Assembly (NCBI RefSeq): GCF_964355755.1
Contig: NC_092675.1
Span: 11,961,812 to 12,025,811, forward strand
Length of the DNA stretch: 64,000 nucleotides
Source: Antedon mediterranea
Taxonomy: Eukaryota; Animalia; Echinodermata
Reading direction: 5' to 3'
In this document: piece after piece, positions 51,841 to 64,000 of the stretch
How positions within the stretch are numbered: position 1 is the stretch's first letter
How the letters are laid out: each line of letters begins with the position of its first letter
Notes under the pieces: model-generated
Databases searched by the model: none
Seen by the model: the letters and a program-made list of their open reading frames with translations, nothing else
What the model was told of the DNA's origin: nothing
Translations under genes and position numbers: made by a program

Positions 51841-54800
51841 GATCCTGACAATAACAAGGGGTTATCCGCCAAGTGCGGATAACCAACTAGATTTGAACTC
51901 GTCACTACGGACGAGTTAGGTTATCCGCAGCGCAAAAGCCACGTGCACGTCATACGTTAGAATATTGCGCGCAGAAAAACGATTATTCCATTGAAAAAAT
52001 GTTAGTGCGCTGATCATTTTACGTCACGTCTAAGTATATACGGTATACACTATATACTGTATACGTACTACATACAGTGCAGAATAGGTGAATATAAGTG
52101 ACCAAAGTTATTGACGCTTTTGGACATGATGACGTCATCACAATTTTAAAAACGGTATATCATGCGAAAGATAATGGATTGACCTAGACAAAATAAAAAA
52201 ATTGAGTGAAATGGAATACGGATAAGTGGAGATGCGCTCTATTAAATTTGACGAGCTATGACGAAAGAGAAAAAAATCCTGTATTTTATATTCGAGTGGC
52301 CATACGATGACGTCACAATGTCCTGTTAGCCATATCAATGCATGATTCGAGAAAGGTAACTCATCTACTTCCAGAATATGTATTTAAAAATAAGTTCACC
52401 ACGTAGTTTAGAATTTATGACTGTTTAAAAAAAGGTCTAAATTTGACGATTTTTTGAAGTTTTTCATCAAAATCACGCGCAAATTATCCAATTCTACGTG
52501 CTCGTGTGACGTGATCTTAAGTCGAAATTGATTGAAAATTTAAAAATTTACTAGAAAAGGATGAAAAAACAAAAATCAAGCAAAAAAAAAAAGTTTTTAG
52601 ACTTTTTCATCAAAATTGTGCGCAAATTGTTTAATTCTACGTGCTCGTATGACGAGATTTTAAGGCAAAATTGATTGAAAGTTGGTAAATTTATTATAAA
52701 AGACAGAAAAAACAAAAATCAAGCAAAAAAAAGATATTTTTGCGCTACGTGCGCACGTGCGCGTAAGAAAAGTGCGCAAGCGTGGGAATTTTTGAAATGC
52801 TCAAAATGACATGAAACGCGTAGAAAGTTGATTAGAAATTGATTTTTCGCATTTTAAAATTTTAAACGCGCGTGCGCGCGTAACTTTTTGCGCAACCTGC
52901 CATTTTTAATCAACATTTAAGTTTGCGCTTTATATGACTTAAATTTTCACCAAGTTTCAATACAAAATGACTTTTGGTTTTTAATCTATGATCAATAATT
53001 GAAATTCATAAAATCGCGCGTAACTTACGCTGCGCGACTCGAAATTTGAAAAAAAAAGTTTCTTGCACATCTACAGATATAGGGCAATCTTTTTACAAAG
53101 TTATACAATCTTCTGTTGGCTAGAATTAGAGATACGCTGCCCACAAAAAATGGGAGAGAAGTGTGGAAAGAAAGAAATAAATACTAGATTTGAACTCGTC
53201 ACTACGGACGAGTTAGGTTATCCGCAGCGCAAAGGCCACGTGCACGTCATACGTTAAAATATTGCGCGCAGAAAAACGATTAAGTCATTGAAACAATTTC
53301 AGTGTGGTCTCTATTTTTCGTCACGTCTGAGTATATACGGTATACACTACATACTGTATACGTACTACATACAGTGCAGAATAGGTGAAAATAAGTGACC
53401 AAAGTTATTGACGCTTTTGAACCTGATGACGTCATTACAATTTTGAAAATGGTGAATCGTGCGAAAGGTAATTGATAGACCTAGACAACATAAAAAAATG
53501 GGGGGAAATGGAATACAAATAAGTGGAGATGCGCTATATTAAATGTGACGAGCTACGAGGAAAGAGACAAAAATCCTATATTTTATATTCGAGTGGCCAT
53601 ACGATGACGTCAGAATGTCCGGTTAGCCATATTGATGCATTATTTGATATCTGCAACTCATCTACTACCAGAATATGTAATTATAAAAAAGTTCACCACG
53701 TAGTTTAGAATCTATGACTATTTAAAAAAAGACATAATTTTGACAAATTATTGAACTTTTTCATCAAAAATGCGCGTAAATTGTTTAATTCTACGTGCTC
53801 GTATGACGTGATTTTAAGTCGAAATTGTTTGAAAGCTGGTAAATTTTCTAAAAAAGACAGGAAAAACAAAAATCAATCAAAAAAATGATGTTTTTGCGCT
53901 ACGTGCGCACGTGCGCGTAAAAAAATTGCGCACGCGTGGGAATTTTTGAAATGCTCAAAATGACATGAAACGCGTAGAAAGTTGATTAGATATTAATTTT
54001 TCGCATTTTGAAATTTTAAATACGCGTGCGCGCGTAACTTTTTATGAAACATGCCATTTTTAATCCATAGAAACTTTGCGCATTATATGACTTAAATGTT
54101 CACCAAGTTTCAATACAAAACGACTTTTAGTTTTTATTCTATGATCAATCATTGAAATTCACAAAATCGCGCGTAACTTACGCTGCGCGACTCGAAATTT
54201 GAAAAAAAAAGTTTCTTGCACATCTACAGCTACAGGGCAATCTTTTGACAAAGTTATAAAATCATATGTTGGCCAGAATTAGAGATACGCTGCGCACAAA
54301 AAATGGGGGAGAAGGATGTAAGGAAAGAAATAAATACTAGATTTGAACTCGTCACTACGGACGAGTTAGGTTATCCGCAGCGCAAAAGCCACGTGCACGT
54401 CATACGTTAGAATATTGAGCGCAAAAAAATAAACGATTATGGCATTGAAAAATGTTAGTGCGCTCTCTATTTTGCGTCGCGTCTAAGTATATACGGTATA
54501 ACACTATATACTGTATACGTACTACATACAGTGCAGAATAGGTGAAAATAAGTGACCAAAGTTATTGACGCATTTGAACATGATGACGTCATCACAATTT
54601 TTAAAATGGTGGATCATGCGAAAGATAATTGATTGATCTAGACAATATAAAAAAATTGAGTGAAATGGAATAAGGATAAGTAGAGATGCGCTCTATTAAA
54701 TTGACGAGCTATGACGAAAGAGAAAAAAATCCTATATTTTATATTCGGGTGGCCATACGATGACGTCACAATGTCCGGTTAGCCATATCAATGCATGATT

Positions 54801-57800
54801 CGAGAAAAACAACTCATCTACTTCCAGAATATGTAATTTTAAAAAAGTTCACCACGTAGTTTAGAATTTATGACTGTTTAAAAAAAGGTCTAATTTTGAC
54901 GATTTTTTGAAGTTTTTCATTAAAAATGCGCGCAAATTGTTCAATTCTACGTGCTCGTATGACGTGATATTAAGTCGAAATTGTATAAAAATTGGTAAAA
55001 TTACTAGAAAAGGCTGAAAAAACAAAAATCAAGCAAAAAAAGGATGTTTTTGAGCTAAGTGCGCACGTGCGCGTAAAAAAATTGCGCACGCGTGGGAATT
55101 TTTGAAATGCTCAAAATGACCTGAAACGCGTAGAAAGTTGATTAGAAATTGATTTTACGCATTTTGAAATTTTAAACGCGCGTGCGCGCGTAACTTTCTG
55201 TGAAACATGCCATTTTCTCTCCATAGAAAGTTAGCGCATGAAATAAATTAAACTTTTGCCAAGTTTCAATTAAAATGGTTTATTAGTTTTCAATCTAAAT
55301 TAAATACGCGAAATTCATAAAATCGCGCGTAACTTACGCTGCGCAACTCGGACGGTACCGAAAACCTTATTACGACATATTCAGATAGAGATCAATCTTC
55401 TGATAAAGTTACAAAATGTTATGTTGAGAAGATTTAGAGATACACGCGCAACAAAATTCTGGGAAAGAAAGAAGAATAAGAAAGAAAAACTAGATTTGAA
55501 CTCGTCACTACGGACGAGTTAGGTTATCCGCAGCGCAAAAGCCACGTGCACGTCATACGTTAGAATATTGAGCGCAAAAAAAAAAACGATTATGGCATTG
55601 AAAAATGTTAGTGCGCTCTCTATTTTGCGTCGCGTCTAAGTATATACGGTATAACACTATATACTGTATACGTACTACATACAGTGCAGAATAGGTGAAA
55701 ATAAGTGACCAAAGTTATTGACGCATTTGAACATGATGACGTCATCACAATTTTTAAAATGGTGGATCATGTGAAAGATAATTGATTGATCTAGACAATA
55801 TAAAAAAATTGAGTGAAATGGAATAAGGATAAGTAGAGATGCGCTCTATTTAAATTGACGAGCTATGACGAAAGAGAAAAAAATCCTATATTTTATATTC
55901 GGGTGGCCATACGATGACGTCACAATGTCCGGTTAGCCATATCAATGCATGATTCGAGAAAAACAACTCATCTACTTCCAGAATATGTAATTTTAAAAAA
56001 GTTCACCACGTAGTTTAGAATGTATGACTGTTTAAAAAAAGGTCTAATTTTGACGATTTTTTGAAGTTTTTCATCAAAAATGCGCGCAAATTGTTCAATT
56101 CTACGTGCTCGTATGACGTGATATTAAGTCGAAATTGTATAAAAATTGGTAAAATTACTAGAAAAGGCTGAAAAAACAAAAATCAAGCAAAAAAAGGATG
56201 TTTTTGCTATAAGTGCGCACGTGCGCGTAAAAAAATTGCGCACGCGTGGGAATTTTTGAAATGCTCAAAATGACATGAAACGCGTAGAAAGTTGATTAGA
56301 AATTGATTTTTCGCATTTTGAAATTTTAAACGCGCGTGCACGCGTAACTTTTTGTCAAACATGCCATTTTTAATCCATAGAAAGTTTGCGCTTGATATGA
56401 CTTAAATTTTCACCAAGTTTCATTACAAAATGACTTTTGATTTCTAAGCTATGATCAATCATTGAAATTCATAAAATCGCGCGTAACTTACGCTGCGCGA
56501 CTCTAAAGTTAAAAAACGAAACGTCCTGCACATCTACATCTAGAGGTCAATCTTATGACAAAGTTACACAATCTTATATTGGCCAGAATTAGAGATACGC
56601 TGCGAACAAAATTCCGGGAAAGAAAGAAGAATAAGATAGAAAAAAAAAAAGAAAAAAAAAGATCCTGACAATAACAAGGGGTTATCCGCCAAGTGCGGAT
56701 AACCAACTAGATTTGAACTCGTCACTTTGACGAGTTCGGGTTATCCGCGCAAACGCAACATGCACATACTTTAAACTATATGAACTTCGACAATTATTAT
56801 ACCATCCTATGACATGAATTAAGAATGTTTACAGTGCTGAATTGTACCTATTTTGTAGTATACAGCATATTACAGTGTTTACAGAATACACTGTATGTTA
56901 TATACAGTGTAGAATAGACGAAATTACGAGACCCATCTTTTAAATCCAATTATTAACACGATGACGTCATCAAATTGGCATATAAAGATAACAATTTTAG
57001 AAGATATTTATCTAAATAATTACATTAATACAAATTTGAAGAATTTTGGGCACGTGAAAGTGAGATGCGCTCTCGTTTAAACGCAATGAACTTTTACGCA
57101 AGAGATGAAAATATGACTTTTTGAATTTAACTGGCCATATGATGACATCACAACATCTGATTGGCAAAATATTGACATGAATTCGTATCTACAATCTAAT
57201 ACCTTCCAGAAAACGTTTTAATCATGATTATCACTTTTTATCCTGACGATCTATAACAGATTGAAACTTACTGTAAAGATGAAAATAGGTGAACGACGTT
57301 ATTTACATTTTTAGACATGATGACGTCATAAAAATTAAAATATTTTTAACTCATGCGAAAGATAGTTGATTGACCTAGACAGTATTAAAATATATGAGGA
57401 AATGGAATACGTATAAGCGATATGCGCTCTATTTAATGTTATGAGCAATAGCGAAACAGTAAAAAATCCAATATTTTACATTCGTGTGGCCATACGATGA
57501 CGTCATAACATCCGAGGGGTAAAGATTCTGCATGAATTCATATCTACAACATATCTGCTTACATATTAAATTAAAAAAATTGGGGGTAACGGTTGATCCT
57601 GAGGAGCTATAATAGATTCAAAGTAGGCATAATTTTGACAATATTTTGTCACTTTTGCAACTAAAACGCACGCAAATTGTCTAAATCAACGTGTTCGTAT
57701 GACGTCATTTTAATTTGAAATGATGTCAATCTTTTTTAAAATGACTAGCAAAGGCTGGAAAATTACAATTCAAGAGAAAAAAACATGATTTTCGTACTCT

Positions 57801-60800
57801 GTGCGCACCATACGCGTCAATTTTTTCGCGCGCGCGGGAATTTTTGACATGCTTAAAATGTCATGATCAGCGTAGAAAGTTGATTAGAAATTAATTTTGC
57901 GCATTTTCAAATTTTAAATGCGCGTGCGCGCGTAACTTCTTATAAAACATGCCATTTTTAATCCATAGAAAGTTTGCCCAAGATATGACTTAAATTTTCA
58001 CCAAGTGTCAATACAAAATAACTTTTGGTTTATAATCTATGATCAATCATTGATATTCATAAAATCACGCGTAACTTACGCTGCGCGACTCTAACGTCAT
58101 ATAACGAAGCTTCTTGCACATCTACAGCTACAGGTCAATCTTTTGACAAAGTTATACAAAGTTATGTTCACAAGCAATAGGGGATATGCGACGCACAAAA
58201 ATCCGGGAAAGAAAGAAGAATAACAAAGAAGAAGATGAAAAAAAAGATATTTACAATCACAAGGGTTATCCGCAACTTAAAGTTGCGGATAACCAACTAG
58301 ATTTGAACTCGTCACTACGGACGAGTTAGGTTATCCGCAGTCCTAAAGCCACGTGCACGTCATACGTTAGAATATTGCGCGCAGAAAAACGATTATGCCA
58401 TTGAAAAAATGTTAGCGCGCTCTCTATTTTGTGTCACGTCTAAGTATATACGGTATAACACTATGTACTGTATACGTACTACATACAGTGCACAATAGGT
58501 GCAAATAAGTGACCAAAGTTATTGACGCTGTTGCACATGATGACGTCATCCCAAATTTTTAAAATCGTAAATCATGCGAAAGGTAATTGATTGAATTAGA
58601 CAATATAAAAAAATGGGGAGAAATGGAATACGGATAAGTGGAGATGCGCTCTATTAAATGTGACGAGCTATGACGAAAGAGACAAAAATCCTATATTTCA
58701 TATTCGAGTGGCCAACCGATGACGTCAGAATGTCCGGTTAGCCATATCGATGCATGATTCGATATCTACAACTCATCAACTTCCAGAATGTGTAATTTAA
58801 AAAAAGTTCACCACGTAGTTTACAATCTATGACTGTTTTAAAAAAGGCATAATTTTGACAAATTTTTGAACTTTTTCATCAAAAATGCGCGTAAATTGTT
58901 TAATTCTACGTGCTCGTATGATGTGATTTTAAGTCGAAATTGTTTGAAAGTTGGTAAATTTACTAAAAAAGACAGGAAAAACAAAAATGAAGCAAAATAA
59001 TGATGTTTTTGCACTACGTGCGCACGCGCGCGTAAAAAAATTGCGCATGCGTGGGAATTTTTGAAATGCTCAAAATGACATGAAACGCGTAGAAAGTTGA
59101 TTAGAAATTGATTTTTCGCATTTTAAAATTTTAAACGCGCGTGCGCGCGTAATATTTTGTGAAACATGCCATTTTTAATCCACAGAAGGTTTGCGCATTG
59201 TGTGACTTAAATGTTCACCAAGTTTTAATACAAAACGACTTTTTGTTTTTATTCTATGATCAATCATTGAAATTCACAAAATCGCGCGTAACTTACGCTG
59301 CGCGACTCGAAATTTGAAAAAAAAAGTTTCTTGCACATCTACAGATATAGGGCAATCTTTTGACAAAGTTATACAATCTTATGTTGGCTAGAATTAGAGA
59401 TACGCTGCCCACAAAAAATGGGAGAGAAAAGTGGAAGGAAAGAAATAAATACTAGATTTGAACTCGTCACTACGGACGAGTTAGGTTATCCGCAGCGCAA
59501 AGGCCACGTGCACGTCATACATTAAAATATTGCGCGCAGAAAAACCATTAAGTCATTGAAACAATTTCAGTGTGCTCTCTATTTTTCGTCACGTCTGAAT
59601 ATATACGGTATACGCTATATACTGTATACGTACTACATACAGTGCAGAATAGGTGAAAATAAGTGACCAAAGTTATTGACGCTTTTGGACATGATGACGT
59701 CATCACAATTTCTAAAATGATTAATCATGCGAAAGATAATTGATTGACCTAGACAATATAAAGAAATGGAGGGCAATGGAATACGGATAACCGGAGATGC
59801 GCTCTATTAAATGTGATGAGCTATACGAAAGAGAAAAAAATCCTATATTGTATATTCGAGTAGCCATACAATGACGTCACAATGTCCTGTTAGCCATATT
59901 GATACATGATTCGATATCTACAACTCATCTACTACCAGAATATATAATTACAAAAAAGTTCACCACGTAGTTTAGAATCTATGACTGTTTAAAAAAAGGC
60001 ATAATTTTGACAAATTTTTAGACTTTTTCATCAAAATTGCGCGCAAATTGTTTAATTCTACGTGCTCGTATGACGTGATTTTAAGTCGAAATTGTTTGAA
60101 AGTTGGTAAATTTACTAAAAAAAGACAGGAAAAACAAAAATCAAGCAAAAAAAAAATGTTTTTGCGCTACGTGCGCACGCGCGCGTAAAAAAATTGCGCA
60201 CGAGTGGGAATTTTTAAAATGCTCAAAATGACCTGAAACGCGTAGAAAGTTGATTAGAAATTGAATTTTCGCATTTTAAAATTTTAAACGCGCGTGCGCG
60301 CGTAACTTTTTGGAAATGTGCCATTTTAAATCCATAGAAAGTTAGCGCATGATATAAATTACACTTTTGCCAAGTTTCAATTAAAATTGCTTTTTGGTTT
60401 TCAATCTATGTTAAATACGCAAAATTCACAAAATCGCGCGTAACTTACGCTGCGCGACTCTAAAGTCAAAAAACGAAACGTCCTGCACATCTACAGCTAC
60501 AGGTCAATCTTATGAAAAAGTTACACAATCTTCTGTTTGCCAGAATTAGAGATACGCTGCCAACAAAATTCAGGGAAAGAAAGAAGAATAACATAGAAAA
60601 AAAAAAAAAAAAAAAAAAAAAAAGATCCTGACAATAACAAGAGGTTATCCGCCAAGTGCGGATAACCAACTAGATTTGAACTCGTCACTACGGACGAGTT
60701 AGGTTATCCGCAGTGCAAAAGCCACGTGCACGTCATACGTTAGAATAGTGCGCGCAAAAAAATAAAACGATTATGGCATTGAAAAATGTTAGTGCGCTCT

Positions 60801-61819
60801 CTATGTTGCGTCGCGTCTAAGTATATACGGTATAACACTATATACTGTATACGTACTACATACAGTGCAGAATAGGTGAAAATAAGTGACCAAAGTTATT
60901 GACGCATTTGAATATGATGACGTCATCACAATTTTTAAAATGGTGGATCATGCGAAAGGTAATTGATTGATCTAGACAATATAAAAAAATTGAGTGAAAT
61001 GGAATAAGGATAAGTAGAGATGCGCTCTATTAAATTGACGAGCTATGACGAAAGAGAAAAAAATCCTATATTTTATATTCGGGTGGCCATACGATGACGT
61101 CACAATGTCTGGTTAGCCATATCAATGCATGATTCGAGAAAAACAACTCATCTACTTCCAGAATCTGAAATTTTAAATATTTTCACCTCGGAGTTTAGAA
61201 TCTATGACTGTTTTAAAAAAGGCATAATTTTGACGAATTTTTGAACTTTTTCTTCAAAAACGCGCGCAAATTGTTCAATTCTACGTGCTCGTATGACGTG
61301 ATTTTAAGTCGAAATTGATTGAAAATTGGTAAATGTACTAGAAAAGGCTGAAAAAACAAAAATCAAGCAAAAAAAAGATGTTTTTGCGCTACGTGCGCAC
61401 GCGCGCGTAAAAAAATTGCGCACGTGTGGGAATTTTTGAAATGCTCAAAATGACATGAAACGCATAGAAAGTTGATTAGAAATTGATTTTTCGCATTTTG
61501 AAATTTCAAACGCGCGTGCGCGCGTAACTTTTTGTGAAACATGCCATTTTTAATCCATAGAAAGTTTGCGCATGATCTCACTTAAATTTTCACAAAGTTT
61601 CAATACAAAACAACTTTTAGTTTTTATTCTATGATCAATCATTGAAATTCATAAAATCGCGCGTAACTTACGCTGCGCAACTCCAAAATCGTCCAAAAGC
61701 TTGGCTGCACATCTACAGCTATAGGTCAACCTTATGACAAAGTTATACAATCTTATGTTGGCCACAAGATAGAGATGTGCTGCGAACAAAATTCGGGGAA
61801 AGAAAGAAGAATAACATAG

Positions 61820-61853
<34 letters not shown>

Positions 61854-64000
61854 TCCTGACAATAACAAGGGGTTATCCGCCAAGTGCGGATAACCAACTA
61901 GACTTGAACTCGTCACTTCGGACGAGTTAGGTTATCCGCAGCGCAAAGGCCACGTGCACGTCATACGTTAGAATATTGCGCGCAGAAAAACGATTATGCC
62001 ATTGAAAAAATGTTAGTGCGCTCTCTATTTTGTGTCACGTCAAAGTATATACGGTATACGCTATATTCTGTATACGTACTACATACAGTGCAGAATATGT
62101 GAAAATAAGGGACCCAAGTTATTGACGCTTTTAGACATGATGACGTCATCACAACTTAAAAAATGGTAGATTATGCGAAAGATAATTGATTGGTCTAGAC
62201 AATATAACAAAATGGGGGGAAATGGAATACGGATAAGTGGAGATGCGCTCTATTAAATGTGATGCGCTATGACGAAAGAGACAAAAACCCTATATTTGAT
62301 ATTCGAGTGGCCATACGATGACGTCACAATGTCCGGTTAGCCATATCGATGCATGATTTGATTTCTAAAACTCATCTACTTCCAGAATCTGAAATTTTAA
62401 AAAAGTTCACCACGGAGTTTAGAATCTATGACTGTTTTAAGAAAGGCATAATTTTGACAAATTTTTGAACTTTTTCATCAAAAACGCGTGCAAATTGTTC
62501 AATTCTACGTGCTCGTATGACGTGATTTTAAGTCGAAATTGATTGAAAATTGGTAAATTTACTAGAAAAAGCTGAAAAAACAAAAATCAAGCAAAAAAAA
62601 GATGTTTCTGCGCTACGTGCGCACGCGCGCGTAAAAAAATTGCGCATGCGTGGGAATTTTTGAAATGCTTAAAATGACCTGAAACGCGTAGAAAGTTGAT
62701 TAGAAATTGATTTTACGCATTTTGAAATTTTAAACGCGCGTGCGCGCGTAACTTTAAGGAAAAGTGCGATTTCCAATCCATAGAAAGTTAGCGCATGATA
62801 TAAACTACACTTTTGCCAAGTTTCAATTAAAATTGCTTTTTGGTTTTTGATCTATGTTAAATACGCGAAAATCACAAAAACGCGCGTAACTTACGCTGCG
62901 CGACTATAAAGTCAAAAAACGAAACGTCCTGCACATCTACAGCTACAGGTCAATCTTATGAAAAAGTTACACAATCTTTTGTTTGCCAGAATTTGAGATA
63001 CGCTGCCAACAAAATTCCGGGAAAGAAAGAAGAATAACATAGAAAAAAAAAAAAAAAAAAAAAAAAAGATCCTGACAATAACAAGGGGTTATCCGCCAAG
63101 TGCGGATAACCAACTAGATTTGAACTCGTCACTATGGACGAGTTAGGTTATCCGCAGCGCAAAGGCCACGTGCACGATATAAGTTAGAATATTGCGCGTA
63201 GAAAAACGATTATGCCATTGAAACAATTTAGTGTGCTCTCTATTTTGTATCACGTCTAAGTATATACGGTATACACTATATACTGTATACGTACTACATA
63301 CAGTGTAGAATAGGTGAAAATAAGTGACCAAAGTTATTGACGCTTTTGCACATGATGACGTCATAACAATTATTAAAATGGTGAATCATGCGAAAGATAA
63401 TTGATTGACCTAGACAATATAAAGAAATGGAGGGCAATGGAATACGGATAAGTGGAGATGCGCTCTATTAAATGTGATGAGCTATGACGAAAGAGAAAAG
63501 AATCCTATATTTTATATTCGAGTGGCCATACGATGACGTCACAATGTCCTGTTAGCCATATTGATGCATAATTTGATATCTGCAACTCATCTACTACCAG
63601 AATATGTAATTATAAAAAAGTTCACCACGTAGTTTAGAATCTATGACTGTTTAAAAAAAGGCATAAATTTGACAAATTTTTGAACTTTTTCATCAAAAAT
63701 GCGCGTAAATTGTTCAATTCTACGTGCTCGTATGACGTGATTTTAAGTCGAAATTGATTGAAAATTGGTAAATTTACTAGAAAAGGCTGAAAAAACAAAA
63801 ATCAAGCAAAAAAAAAATGTTTTTGCGCTACGTGCGCACGCGCGCGTAAAAAAATTGCGCACGCGTGGGAATTTATGAAATGCTCAAAATGACATGAAAC
63901 GCGTAGAAAGTTGATTAGAAGTTGATTTTTCGCATTTTGAAATTTTAAACGCGCATGCGCGCGTAACTTTCTCTGAAACATGCCATTTTTAATCCATAGA
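44795..64000 (-). mobile_element. Block of 16 units, mostly the ~1.15-1.22 kb actacg-loop family, plus one 1.59 kb unit at 56707-58296
   Basis: Heads read ctagatttgaactcgtcactacggacgagttaggttatccgcag. caagt-type caps lie at ~49403, 50621, 51841, 56661, 60624, 61852 and 63068, and an aacttaaagtt cap at ~58246. Confidence 0.88.

Larger units (their letters stand above)
5605..64000 (-). repeat. Unidirectional tandem/nested array of ~42 non-autonomous Helentron (HINE-like) elements from several families
   Basis: A recurrent + strand motif, ctaga-N4-6-aactcgtc-acttt/actacg/acttgag-gacgagtt-(t/a)(g)gttatccgc, starts at ~5854, 6883, 8417, 9573, 10816, 12592, 14006, 15580, 17150, 17612, 19194, 20699, 22219, 23746, 25281, 27152, 28691, 30491, 32052, 33670, 34928, 36191, 38916, 40180, 41752, 43262, 44795 (truncated), 45929, 47081, 48233, 49449, 50667, 51887, 53184, 54337, 55490, 56707, 58297, 59452, 60670, 61898 and 63114. 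On the minus strand this reads subTIR + hairpin + CTAGT (3' end). The opposite end reads TT-ggttatccgc..gcggataacc (subTIR + IR). Confidence 0.9.

Noticed and set aside
10586-63364. Numerous 60-107 aa ORFs in the array
   Set aside because: They recur only because the DNA repeats, are broken by indels between copies, include poly-Phe from A runs, and show no protein motifs.
5605-64000. Bacterial integron cassette array
   Set aside because: There is no integrase and the 'cassettes' are homologous and non-coding; the resemblance is only an analogy.

Overview
AT-rich, eukaryotic (probably invertebrate) repeat DNA with no host genes. Bases 1-4674 (+) are the 3' portion of a Helentron/Helitron2-type Rep-helicase-endonuclease ORF. 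It is open from the window edge and has a frameshift just before the last endonuclease motifs. From ~5.6 kb to the window end lies a ~58 kb array of about 42 non-coding 1.0-1.55 kb elements, all on the minus strand, with the architecture of non-autonomous Helentrons (HINE/DINE-1-like). The 5' end is TT + subterminal IR folded into a hairpin + A/T-rich microsatellite; the 3' end is subterminal IR + hairpin + CTAG-T. Several families are present. Many bodies lack their 5' 'cap', and orphan caps are stacked at 12.35-12.59, 26.81-27.14, 30.20-30.49 and 38.81-38.91 kb, as expected if the elements repeatedly insert into one spot of each other (Russian-doll nesting). Two families carry a tRNA-derived Pol III A/B-box segment, and one copy contains a TTAA-targeting piggyBac-like MITE. 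All counts and coordinates were made by eye.
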